Shown here: in pieces, positions 36,832-45,962 of the stretch
Position numbering within the stretch: the stretch's first letter is position 1
Layout of the letters: each line of letters opens with the position of its first letter
Assembly (NCBI GenBank): GCA_023428025.1
Contig: JAEYZN010000039.1
Coordinates: forward strand, 9,439-73,438
From: Bacillota bacterium
Lineage (GTDB): Bacteria; Bacillota; Clostridia; Christensenellales; SZUA-584
Length of the DNA: 64,000 nt
Direction of reading: 5' to 3'
Translations under genes and position numbers: made by a program
Notes under the pieces: model-generated
Database searches by the model: none
Seen by the model: the letters and a program-made list of their open reading frames with translations, nothing else
Told to the model about the DNA's origin: nothing

Positions 36832-37248
36832 ATGCTGAAAAAAACATCATTTTATATCGCCGTCCTGATCACAGGCGTTGTGCTGGCGGCTGTGAGCATT
36901 CTGTTCACCGGGGAGTCCATGAAGGCGGTGGGAGGCGTGCTGATTGGCGTGGGCGCGGGGCTCGCCGGCATGAGCATCGCCTATCTGGTCATGAAGCGCT
37001 ATATGAAAAAACATCCGGACATCGCCCGGCAGAACGAGATCGAGCAGGGCGACGAGCGCAGCGAGATGATACGCACCAAGGCGCGGGCCGCGGCGGGCTC
37101 GGTGGTCCAGTGGCTGGTGATCGCGCTGGCGGGCGTATGGATACTGACGGATGCGCCGCTGTGGCAGACGCTGGTCACGGTGGGCGTGTATGCCGCTTAC
37201 AATGTGCTGCTGCTCGTCATGACGGTGCGTTATCAGAGGCAGATGTGA
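36832..37248 (+). CDS. Four-TM membrane protein partnered with the XRE regulator
   Basis: Starts 4 nt after the regulator stop. Hydrophobic segments flank a charged loop. Confidence 0.6.
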   Translation: MLKKTSFYIAVLITGVVLAAVSILFTGESMKAVGGVLIGVGAGLAGMSIAYLVMKRYMKKHPDIARQNEIEQGDERSEMIRTKARAAAGSVVQWLVIALAGVWILTDAPLWQTLVTVGVYAAYNVLLLVMTVRYQRQM

Positions 37249-37466
37249 CGGCGCGGCAACCCCTGCCCCGCCGGGTGGTGCTTGCACCACAGGCCATATA
37301 TGCGCGCATCTGTAGGGATCGGTCGCTTGCCTGTGCCCAGTATGGGTATGACCGTTTCTTTTGCCGGAACCAGAGCTGCGGGCAGGGCGGATAGCGGGCG
37401 GGCACAGGGACCCGCCCCTACGGAACGCACAACTATGAGCATGCAAAATAAGTGTCCAAAATGGGT

Positions 37467-37502
37467 ATCCATCGCCAGGTTCAGCCTCTCTAGCCATTCC
37501 AT
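37467..37502 (-). pseudogene. 5' stub of an AraC/GyrI-type regulator gene
   Basis: AAGGAG RBS plus MEWLERLNLAMD, the stereotyped N-terminus of AraC-family effector-binding regulators. The downstream sequence loses all resemblance. Confidence 0.35.
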
Positions 37503-37679
37503 ACGCATCAAGCTCCTTTACGCGTCCCAGTTTATCAAAGCGCCGCCGCCGTGTCCGCGCAATCCCTGCACGAAAATGCGCGGCTTTTCCCATTATACAT
37601 GAAACGCAGGATAATGGGGAATATTGCCTACATACAGGCTTTTATGGTATAATCAAGCAAAAACAAGGAGGGACAAGCC

Positions 37680-37988
37680 ATGCCTGATTTCGGAACATCC
37701 TTTTCCGGGCTCGCGAAGGACCGTAAGCTGACCCATGCCGAGCTGATCCGCGCCATCCGCTTCATGATCGCCGCGGAATACGAGGCCATCCAGCTTTACA
37801 TGCAGCTGGCCGAATCCACCGACAACCAGCTCGCCATCGCGGTGCTGGAGGACATCGCCAACGAAGAGCGCGTGCACGCCGGCGAGTTCCTGCGCCTTTT
37901 GAAAGAGCTGGCTCCCGACGAGGAGAAGTTCTACGACGAGGGCTCGGAAGAGGTGGAAGAGGAGCTGGAGGAGCTGGGCCTGCGGTAA
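37680..37988 (+). CDS. Encapsulated-ferritin (EncFtn)-like small ferritin-fold protein
   Basis: LIRAIRFMIAAEYEAIQLY...LEDIANEERVHAGEFLRLL (E...ExxH di-iron half-site). Strong AAGGAGGG RBS. Confidence 0.7.
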   Translation: MPDFGTSFSGLAKDRKLTHAELIRAIRFMIAAEYEAIQLYMQLAESTDNQLAIAVLEDIANEERVHAGEFLRLLKELAPDEEKFYDEGSEEVEEELEELGLR

Positions 37989-38190
37989 CCGTCACCCGCT
38001 ATCCGTGTCTTTCCCGCCAGGGGCGGCAGGTCTTGTGTCATCATGGCGCCGGGCCGGTGTTGGTGTGCCCACAGAACGGCTCTTATCAATTCTTTACAGC
38101 TGCCGTATTGATATTGTGCGCTTCATGCTATAAAATGGAGGCAGTCATAGTAGAGTTATTTTATTTTAAATATTTAAGGAGGGCATATCT

Positions 38191-38958
38191 ATGAGAACAG
38201 CCAGTCTGGTACTGGGCCTTGTTGGTGGCATACTCGCCATCATCATCTCTATCTTTGTACTCGTTGGCGCGGCGTCTCTGAGCTATCTGAATTCCTATGG
38301 TTTCAGCGACGACATGAACGACATCCTGAACCAGTATTCCGATGAATTCTCAGATGGATTAGCGGAAGGCTTTGACAACGGTAATTTCAACTTTGATTAC
38401 AATTACGACTTCGACTACGATTACGATTACGACATCGACCTTGGCGATTATGCGGACTTTGGCCTGAGGGCTGCCGCCACATGGCTGACGGTGTCCGGCG
38501 TGCTCGGCATCATCGGCGGTATCCTCGGCACCATCGGCGGCGCCCTTGCCAAGAAAAAGAACGTGCTGGCGGGCGTGTTCATGATCATCGCCTGCGTGCT
38601 GTCCAGCATGACGGGCTGGGGCATCATTTCCGGTATCGCGCTGCTGGTGGGCGGCATCCTCGCGCTGGTGAAAGAGAAGAACCCGCAGGCCGCAGCCGCA
38701 GCCGCCGGATATCCGTATCCGCCGTACCCGCCGTATCAGCAGGCTCCGCAATACAATCCGTATCAGCCGCCGCCGCAGGCACCCCCGTACAACGCGTATC
38801 CGCAGTATCCGCAGACGCCTCCTGCTCCCCCGGCTCCGCCGCAGGAACCCGTTGCGCCGCAGGAACCCGTTGCGGCGCAGGAACCCGTTGCCCCGCAGGA
38901 ACCCGTTGCCCCGCAGGAACCCGTTGCCCCGCAGGACACAGATGAACCCAAAGAATAA
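38191..38958 (+). CDS. Membrane protein (DUF4064-like) with D/Y-rich loop and Pro-rich repetitive tail
   Basis: Four TM helices, NFDYNYDFDYDYDYDIDLGDY, C-terminal (QEPVAP)5. AAGGAGGG RBS. Confidence 0.7.
   Translation: MRTASLVLGLVGGILAIIISIFVLVGAASLSYLNSYGFSDDMNDILNQYSDEFSDGLAEGFDNGNFNFDYNYDFDYDYDYDIDLGDYADFGLRAAATWLTVSGVLGIIGGILGTIGGALAKKKNVLAGVFMIIACVLSSMTGWGIISGIALLVGGILALVKEKNPQAAAAAAGYPYPPYPPYQQAPQYNPYQPPPQAPPYNAYPQYPQTPPAPPAPPQEPVAPQEPVAAQEPVAPQEPVAPQEPVAPQDTDEPKE
38839..38937 (+). repeat. 18-bp tandem repeat, 5.5 copies (ccgcaggaacccgttgcc)
   Basis: Read directly. Encodes PQEPVA units. Confidence 0.95.
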
Positions 38959-39106
38959 CACCACGATATGAAAGGCCGCAGCACATGCGGCCTTTTTTGC
39001 GTCCATTGGTAAGCCTGTCACCGTCAGGCAAATTATACTTGATATCTCCCCGCATTGCGGCTACTATGGAGGTTGCTGTGATACTACGAAAAGAGATGTG
39101 TGTGCA

Positions 39107-39799
39107 ATGTTCCTTGGCGTTATCGTGAATTTCCTGGCGGTGTTGGCGGGCAGCGCGGTCGGCCTTTTCTTCAAAAACAAGCTCAAAGCCCGTTATCAGA
39201 AGGCGCTGACGGACGTCATCGCGCTGGGCGTGGTGGGCGTGGGCATCCTCTACGCCATCAAATCACAGAATATACTGGTGATGATACTCAGCCTCATCGT
39301 CGGTACGCTGCTGGGCACGCTGATCCGCATCGACGACCGGCTGGAGAGCCTGGGCGGCAAGCTGCAAAGCCGCCTCAAACAGGCGGGCGGTTCGTTCTCC
39401 GAAGGCTTCGCGGGCGCGTCCATCCTGTTCTGCGTGGGGTCCATGGCCATCATGGGCAGCATGAGCAGCGCGCTCTCAGGCGACCACGGCATCCTGTTCA
39501 CCAAGTCCATCATGGACGGCGTCACGTCCATCTTCCTCGCGTCCACCATGGGCGTGGGCGTGCTGTTCTCCGCGTTTCCGGTGCTGATCTATCAGGGGCT
39601 GCTCACGTTCGCCTTCTCGCTGTTCGCGGGCGGGCTGGACAGCGCCGTCGTGAACGAGATCTCCGCGGTGGGCGGCATCATCCTTTTCGGCATCGCCGTC
39701 AACATGTTGGGCCTCAAAAAGGTGAAAACGGGCGACATGGCGCTCTCGCTGTTCCTGCCCATCGGCCTGCTGCCGCTGCTCAAGCTGCTCGGGCTGTAA
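39107..39799 (+). CDS. DUF554 (YdfK/YqgA-like) membrane protein
   Basis: MFLGVIVNFLAVLAGSAVGLFFKNKL... is the family-typical N-terminus. Confidence 0.85.
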   Translation: MFLGVIVNFLAVLAGSAVGLFFKNKLKARYQKALTDVIALGVVGVGILYAIKSQNILVMILSLIVGTLLGTLIRIDDRLESLGGKLQSRLKQAGGSFSEGFAGASILFCVGSMAIMGSMSSALSGDHGILFTKSIMDGVTSIFLASTMGVGVLFSAFPVLIYQGLLTFAFSLFAGGLDSAVVNEISAVGGIILFGIAVNMLGLKKVKTGDMALSLFLPIGLLPLLKLLGL

Positions 39800-39813
39800 C
39801 CTACTGGCTGTCC

Positions 39814-39842
39814 GGCTCTCTCGTTGAAGAGGGCCTTTTTTG
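39814..39842 (+). terminator. Rho-independent terminator
   Basis: GGCTCTCT/AGAGGGCC stem followed by T7. Confidence 0.7.
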
Positions 39843-39905
39843 TACTATACAAAAAGCAGCCTTTGCGGCATTGCGACCGAGCATTTAACGCCCATAGCCC
39901 CGCCC

Positions 39906-40187
39906 GTTTGGGCTTATTTCCGGCAGTTGTCCGGCAAAGAGGTTTACGCGGCTATGGCGGTACAGGCGACCGCGGAAGTCCAATTCGTGATTAACTGGCG
40001 GGACGACGTTACAACGGCGCATATTGTGCGCTACAAGGGAATTTTGTACGATATTACCCGCGTGGACGTATTCGAGGGTTACAAAGCCGCTATCAGCCTG
40101 TATTGTAAGTTGTCGGGGGAAAAGTTTAACGCCCACCCCGACGCTTTACAAGTATGGATAGGCTGCAACAGCTTATCCTTTAGTTAG
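39906..40187 (+). pseudogene. Phage head-closure (head-tail adaptor) protein fragment lacking its N-terminus
   Basis: VWAYFRQLSGKEVYAAMAVQATAEVQFVINWRDDVTTAHIVRYKGILYDITRVD fits the family pattern. The nominal ORF start lies inside the preceding terminator. Confidence 0.55.
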
Positions 40188-40820
40188 CGCATCATAGCGT
40201 TTTTTGGACGTTTTGTATTCTTTGAAATAATGCTCCCAAATAGCCATTTTTTCATCATAGCTATTTGCTTCTTTTTGTAAAACCTCTATGAACGCTAACA
40301 CCTGTTTATGATAAAACCATTCATATGTATGCTTTGCTTTAGCAGGCGTTATACGCAATTCTTTTGCGATTGCTATATATGACGCTTTTTCAACCTCCCG
40401 CATTTCGATAACACGGGCAATCGTTTCTTTGCTCAGTTTGGGCTTAAATGGTGGCATACTCCTGACAAATTGTATCGGCATACCCGGTTCCCCGCCCCTG
40501 TATTCATCCAAAATGCTTTTATACTTCTTTTCCAAATATGCACAGGCATATGACCAGCCTTGATAGCATTCATAAGCATTATCATAGACTTTTCTGATTT
40601 GTGAACTGCCTTCATATCCAAGCACTACCGCAATATGATTGATGTATAAGCGTATTTGCTTAACCTTCATTTTGTTATATATTTGCGCAACCCTTGCAAC
40701 CGATATTTCGCACTCTTTTGCGATATCGGTAAATGTGTTGCCGTGTTGGTCGCGAAGCAGCATAACCTCATACGCACGCTCGTCCTGTTTTAATATGCTG
40801 TATGGAATGTCTTTCAGCAT
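40173..40820 (-). CDS. Low-G+C protein with two sigma-70 region-4-like HTH modules (phage-type regulator?)
   Basis: NTFTDIAKECEISVARVAQIYNK and ASYIAIAKELRITPAKAKHTYEW. Confidence 0.55.
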   Translation of the reverse strand: MLKDIPYSILKQDERAYEVMLLRDQHGNTFTDIAKECEISVARVAQIYNKMKVKQIRLYINHIAVVLGYEGSSQIRKVYDNAYECYQGWSYACAYLEKKYKSILDEYRGGEPGMPIQFVRSMPPFKPKLSKETIARVIEMREVEKASYIAIAKELRITPAKAKHTYEWFYHKQVLAFIEVLQKEANSYDEKMAIWEHYFKEYKTSKKRYDALTKG

Positions 40821-40870
40821 ACGGCCCGTCCCGTCCTTTCGTTGTTATTTGATACGTCGATTTTCACTGT

Positions 40871-40947
40871 TAACGGTACAACAACAGTTAAATAAAGATT
40901 ATCAGAAATAAGCAACATAAAATACGGTAACGGTACAATAACAGTTA
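40871..40947. repeat. Two 20-bp direct repeats (TAACGGTACAAYAACAGTTA) in a divergent intergenic region
   Basis: 40871-40890 and 40928-40947 differ at one position. Each carries internal dyad symmetry (CTGTT/AACAG; AACGGT/ACCGTT). Confidence 0.8.
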
Positions 40948-40982
40948 TTTAACCGTTGCATATATTTGTTATTTGTTGTTAA

Positions 40983-41204
40983 TATCGAGGACGATTATTT
41001 AGAAAAAAAGCGTTATATCGCAAAACGGGAAATTTCTTTAATGTTTCACTTGACTATCTTGCAGGCTTATCTGATGTGAAGCAGCAAATTAGAGAAAGTG
41101 ATTTATCACCAAATGAGTTGGAGCATTTACATACATACCGACAGTTAAGCGATAACGACAGAGAAAAGATAAAAGCATATACTGACGGTTTGCAAAGAAA
41201 ATAA
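40983..41204 (+). pseudogene. C-terminal fragment of an XRE/CI-like repressor (no start codon)
   Basis: ...FFNVSLDYLAGLSDVKQQ..., the end of an XRE HTH domain. The frame opens right after a TAA and contains no ATG/GTG. Confidence 0.5.
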
Positions 41205-41569
41205 ATCTCATTTCTGTAAAAACAATCCGGTATGTTTTATAATTTTGACAAGCAATATATTGTATCGTTGAGTATCATTTTACATATTTAAGCGACAGAT
41301 AAGCGACAAAATGACAGCAAAGCACGGAAAAAACCTTGATTTTACGGGGTTTATTCCGTGCTTTATATAGTCCTTCTCGGAAAACAGCCTTACTTCTCTT
41401 AATTGAAAAGGATTATCTCCTCCGCTTTCATTATAGCACAAGAAGATTTTTATTATCAGTCTTATATTTGGCATCCATTGAGTTTATTCTAATGAAAAAA
41501 CAATATCGACGCACCAGACTGCTGTCAGGACATTTCCAATAAACGCCGTGAATTCAGGGAGGATCATGA

Positions 41570-43819
41570 ATGATTGAGGACAAGGAAATATGGGTTCACG
41601 AAAAGGCTTATCTTAACCGCGTTGCCGATGAGATAAAGGTCCAGCTTCACGCCGGGATCAACGCCGCGGATCAATATAAAAGGGACGCGATAGAGCTTCA
41701 GAAGAGCATGTGGGAGGATGTCCGGTGCGCGCCCGCCGGCCTGACCGATCTTGAGGATGTCGCTCAGGTTTGGCAGTACCAAACGGATATCGCCGGCAAA
41801 GCGCGCATATACAGATTCTCTTATGAAAAGGTGAAGCATCTGAAGATGATGAGCAAAAGCCCTTACTTCGGACGGATCGACTTTCTGGAAAACGGCGAGA
41901 TAAAAGCGGAACAGGTCTATATCGGCATCTATAACTTGAGCACAGACGACACGATGGATATCCTCGTGTACGACTGGAGGGCTCCCATATCCGGCATGTT
42001 CTACGACTTTGAGATCGGTCCTTCCAGCTACGCCTGCCCGGCGGGCCTGATCGAAGGGGAGATACTGCTGAAAAGGCAGTACAGAATCGAGAATGCCGAA
42101 ATCGTCTACATGTTCGACAGCAGCCTGAACATCAACGACGTCATGCTTCAGGAGATATTGGGCAAGAGCACCGACAACAGGATGCGCACCATCGTGACCA
42201 GCATTCAGAAGGAGCAAAACACCGTCATCCGGAACAGCGAGGACAGGGTGCTCATCGTGGACGGCCCGGCAGGCAGCGGGAAAACATCCATTGCGCTGCA
42301 CCGGGCGGCTTACCTTTTATACAAATACCGGGAAACCATGAGGTCGGAGAACATCCTGATCTTCTCGCCCAACCATGTGTTTGAGGATTATATTTCCCGT
42401 GTGTTGCCGGAGCTGGGGGAAGAAAACATTCTGAGGAGCACCTTCGCGGACTTTTTCGACAGCGCGTTGGGGACCGATGTCCAGATCGAAACCGTCAACC
42501 AGCAGCTGGAATATATCCTGACCGTGGATGACGCTAACGACATCAGACCGGCTTGCATCCGGTTCAAATCATCGCCGCTGTTTCCGGCCATATTGAAGAC
42601 GTATGTGCGGCAGCTTGAAGACGGCATGGGGATTGAGTTCAGAAATTTGATGTACAACGGCGCCCTCCTGATTTCCGCCGCAGGCATTCGCCAGCTTTTG
42701 CGGCAGCAGGACAGCCGCCTGCCCTACGCCAACCGTCTGGAGAAGCTGCGCCGGAGGCTTTTCGCCCTTCTGGAGCAAAGCGAGAACAAGTGGGCCGGTG
42801 ACTTGGCTGATGAAGACAATCCGGCAGCCGGTCAGGAAGCCAAAACAGGATACGCGGCTGTCCGGCAGGATATCATGCAGATGACCTCCTGCGATATCCT
42901 TTCGCTGTATGCGGACCTTTTCAGGGATATCGAGTCGTTTTTACCGGCGGGCGATACTGAAGGCTTGGGGGAATACCGCCGTATCGGCGCCCATACCCTT
43001 CGGCAGTTGGAGCAGGGGATTCTGGATTATGAGGATCTGGCGCCTGTCATATACCTGAAAGCCGTGCTTGATGGTATCGGCCACGCAGCGTCCATCAAAC
43101 ACGTGATCATCGACGAAGCTCAGGATTATACGGCGGTGCAATATGAAGTATTCAGGCTGGTGTTCGGCAGCGGCAATATGACGATCCTGGGAGATGTCAA
43201 TCAGACCGTCAACGGCTATGCCAACGCCGGGAGCTTTGACGCCGTCGCAGACGTGTTCAATGCGAAGGGGACGAAAAGGATCTCGTTGACGAAGAGCTAC
43301 CGTTCAAGCAAGGAACTGGCGGATTTCTGCCGGGAACTCCTCGACTCCCCCAGCCACGCCGAACAGCTGAACAGGCATGGGAACAAGCCAAGGGTCATAA
43401 AGGTCGGCAAGAACGATCTGCACAGAAGGGTCGCCGACGATATCATGGGGCTGAAAAACAGGGGCTATAAGCTGATTGCGGTGATCTGCAAAACCGCGTC
43501 CCGGTGCAGAGAGGCGTACAACGCCATCAGTCTCTTCATGGACATAGGCCTCATCTCGAACCGGAACGAGGCCTATGACGGCGATGTCGTGGTGATCCCG
43601 TCCTATCTTGCCAAAGGCCTGGAGTTTGACGCCGTTCTGGCCGTTTCTATCGGGGAAGCGGACTATTCCGCCGACAGCGACAGAAGGCTGCTGTATACCG
43701 TGTGTACACGGGCCTTGCATGAGCTGTATCTGTACCACTCGGACAACGTGTCCCGCCTGGTATCCGGCATCGACAGCAGCTTGTATGAATCGGACGAAGG
43801 CCAGGATCGTCTGGAGTGA
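41570..43819 (+). CDS. helD: HelD-type UvrD-like helicase (RNA polymerase recycling ATPase)
   Basis: HelD-typical N-terminal coiled region and SPYFGRIDF motif, Walker A GPAGSGKTS, VIIDEAQDY, C-terminal TRALHELY. Confidence 0.85.
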   Translation: MIEDKEIWVHEKAYLNRVADEIKVQLHAGINAADQYKRDAIELQKSMWEDVRCAPAGLTDLEDVAQVWQYQTDIAGKARIYRFSYEKVKHLKMMSKSPYFGRIDFLENGEIKAEQVYIGIYNLSTDDTMDILVYDWRAPISGMFYDFEIGPSSYACPAGLIEGEILLKRQYRIENAEIVYMFDSSLNINDVMLQEILGKSTDNRMRTIVTSIQKEQNTVIRNSEDRVLIVDGPAGSGKTSIALHRAAYLLYKYRETMRSENILIFSPNHVFEDYISRVLPELGEENILRSTFADFFDSALGTDVQIETVNQQLEYILTVDDANDIRPACIRFKSSPLFPAILKTYVRQLEDGMGIEFRNLMYNGALLISAAGIRQLLRQQDSRLPYANRLEKLRRRLFALLEQSENKWAGDLADEDNPAAGQEAKTGYAAVRQDIMQMTSCDILSLYADLFRDIESFLPAGDTEGLGEYRRIGAHTLRQLEQGILDYEDLAPVIYLKAVLDGIGHAASIKHVIIDEAQDYTAVQYEVFRLVFGSGNMTILGDVNQTVNGYANAGSFDAVADVFNAKGTKRISLTKSYRSSKELADFCRELLDSPSHAEQLNRHGNKPRVIKVGKNDLHRRVADDIMGLKNRGYKLIAVICKTASRCREAYNAISLFMDIGLISNRNEAYDGDVVVIPSYLAKGLEFDAVLAVSIGEADYSADSDRRLLYTVCTRALHELYLYHSDNVSRLVSGIDSSLYESDEGQDRLE

Positions 43820-44153
43820 TCTCACGTCATCCCGCGCATCCTGCCGGATAGCTTCGCGGTGCCCTCCCTCATACTCGTCCATCTTCTCCGGCTGGTCCGG
43901 GCGGATCACCTCGGTCTTATACACCTCACAGGGCAGCCGTTCGCACGTTGTGCTTTCATAGCCATAAACCCCTGTGCCCGATTTTAGATTAATGCCTTGC
44001 CAATTATCAATAAGCTGGTAATATATATGTAGTTGTTTATGAGAGCAAATGCTTTGTCATCAGCGCCACAGGTATCCGCCGTTCGTTCGTATCAATGGCT
44101 GCCCCGCATTGGGCTGTGACGCTACAGCTTATTTCATTCCCCGGAGGAATCAC

Positions 44154-44669
44154 ATGCAGACAGACACGGCTCACGAAGCCCCGCTCAACACCTGCCTGAA
44201 TTGCGGCCAATCCGCCAGCGCAGCGCACACATACACCTGCTATCTCGGCAAAAGGACTTTTGCGCCCGAATCGCTCTCCCGCAGCTCGCGCAGCACCGCC
44301 GCGCGTTTTTTCCTGAAGGGCTCCCGCCAGGAGGCCCTGTGCGACAAGTGTGTGGTGAGGTCCGGCTGGTTCACCGTGCTCCGGGCCGCGATACTGACGG
44401 CCGTGTGCATCGCGCTGTTTATTTTCTCATACATGTCCACCGGCGGCGGCTCCGGCCTGGCCGCAGCGGTGTCCATCATCGCTGGGCTGGTGGGCGTTTT
44501 CAGCTTTGCCGTCGCTGTCTGGAAGCTCGTGCTGCTCGCGATGAAAAAATACGCCGGTTTCGGCACGGCCCTGCTGATCGAGCTGTGCAAAAAAGAGTAT
44601 CATTCCGATGATATCGACACCTTCTGGACGCCCGCCGAATACCAGAAGCTGAGCGCCCGCAAGAACTGA
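44154..44669 (+). CDS. Hypothetical membrane protein with N-terminal CxxC...CxxC module
   Basis: GGAGGA RBS before ATG 44154. CLNCG...CDKC, then two TM helices. Confidence 0.5.
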   Translation: MQTDTAHEAPLNTCLNCGQSASAAHTYTCYLGKRTFAPESLSRSSRSTAARFFLKGSRQEALCDKCVVRSGWFTVLRAAILTAVCIALFIFSYMSTGGGSGLAAAVSIIAGLVGVFSFAVAVWKLVLLAMKKYAGFGTALLIELCKKEYHSDDIDTFWTPAEYQKLSARKN

Positions 44670-44694
44670 AAATGCTCGGCGCATTGTCATCTGT

Positions 44695-45870
44695 TCATGT
44701 CCGTTTTTGTGGTTCATCCCTGTCCGCTTCATAGACGATGTCCCCGTTCACAATCGTATAAAGGCACCGGGTGAAAACCTCCAGCGGATTGCCGTCGAAT
44801 ATCGCGATGTCCGCGTCCTTTCCCGCCTCCAGACTGCCGACCCGGTCTGCAGCGCCGCAAATCTGTGCCGCGTTGATCGTGATGGCTTTCAGCGCTTCGT
44901 CCAGCCCCAGCCCTTCTCTGGCCGCCAGCCCCGCGCAAACGGGCAGGCACTGGATCAGCGAAACGGGATGGTCCGTCATGATGGCGACCTTGACGCCCGC
45001 CCTATGAAGCACGCCCGCCGTTTTGAAGTCCATGTATTTTATTTCGATTTTGTTTCTTGAGGACAGGCTGGGCCCGAGTATCGCCGGGAACCCGGATTCC
45101 TTGATCTCATCCGCAATCAGGTGCCCTTCCGTGCAGTGGTCCAGCGTCATCCTGAGTCCGAATTCTTTGGCGATCCGAATCGCCGTCAGAATGTCGTCTG
45201 CCCTGTGCACGTGCGCCTTGAGCGGAATTTCCCCGGAAAAAACGGGAAGCCAGCTTTCCAGGTCATATTCCTGCTTAAAGCCGTCGTCGGGTTTCTTTTT
45301 CGCTTCACAGTATTGCCGGGCTTCACAGAGTTCCCGGCGCAGCATCGCCCCTATGGACATCCTTGTGGACGGCATCATGTTGTTATCCCCGTAGTTCTTT
45401 TTGGGGTTCTCCCCCAGCGCGATTTTCATGGCGGCCGGTTCCTTCAACACCATGTTGTCAATGCAGCGCCCCTGTGTTTTCATGAATACAAACTGCCCTC
45501 CCACCACATTGGAGCTGCCGGGCCCGGTCATGACGGCTGTAATACCGGTTTTTATGGCGTTGTGGAAGGCCGAATCCATGGGGTTGACGGCATCAACGGC
45601 TTTGATATACGGCGTGATCGGCTTGTTGATCTCGTTTGTGTCGTTGCCCTCCATGCCCATCCCCTCTTCCTGGATGCCGATATGGCAGTGGGCATCGATC
45701 AGGCCGGGCATCACCCATCCGCCCTTCGCATCGATAACAAGGCCATCATCGTTTTTTTCATCATCAATATAATTGTCTATTTTCGCTATCTTTGAACGCT
45801 TGATCAGCAGGCAGCCCTTTTCATATATTTTACCCGTCATTGAAACTATTTTTCCATTTTTGATCAGCAT
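44695..45870 (-). CDS. Amidohydrolase-family metallohydrolase
   Basis: PGLIDAHCHIG metal-binding motif and family-typical length. Confidence 0.85.
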   Translation of the reverse strand: MLIKNGKIVSMTGKIYEKGCLLIKRSKIAKIDNYIDDEKNDDGLVIDAKGGWVMPGLIDAHCHIGIQEEGMGMEGNDTNEINKPITPYIKAVDAVNPMDSAFHNAIKTGITAVMTGPGSSNVVGGQFVFMKTQGRCIDNMVLKEPAAMKIALGENPKKNYGDNNMMPSTRMSIGAMLRRELCEARQYCEAKKKPDDGFKQEYDLESWLPVFSGEIPLKAHVHRADDILTAIRIAKEFGLRMTLDHCTEGHLIADEIKESGFPAILGPSLSSRNKIEIKYMDFKTAGVLHRAGVKVAIMTDHPVSLIQCLPVCAGLAAREGLGLDEALKAITINAAQICGAADRVGSLEAGKDADIAIFDGNPLEVFTRCLYTIVNGDIVYEADRDEPQKRT

Positions 45871-45962
45871 GGTGACACCTATTCAAAGATATTATTTCCT
45901 AGAATAGTTTGTCCCTTTATCAGCGAATAATAACGACAGTAAAATATCGAAAGGGGATATTT

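Noticed and set aside
38839-38937. Short regular repeats as a possible CRISPR array.
   Set aside because: The units are contiguous 18-bp coding repeats without spacers, in frame within a membrane protein gene.
37989-39100. Search for an encapsulin shell gene next to the EncFtn-like gene.
   Set aside because: The flanking ORFs are an XRE/membrane pair and a multi-TM Pro-rich protein. Nothing of about 260-300 aa with an HK97-like soluble profile is present within several kb.
43820-44040. Coding-looking minus-strand stretch (YYQLIDNWQGINLKSGTGVYGYESTTCERLPCEVYKTEVIRPDQPEKMDEYEGGH...) downstream of helD.
   Set aside because: The frame has no start codon before a GTG at 43924, and from there it runs antisense into helD. 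No family is recognised. Possibly a 3' gene fragment, but unsupported.
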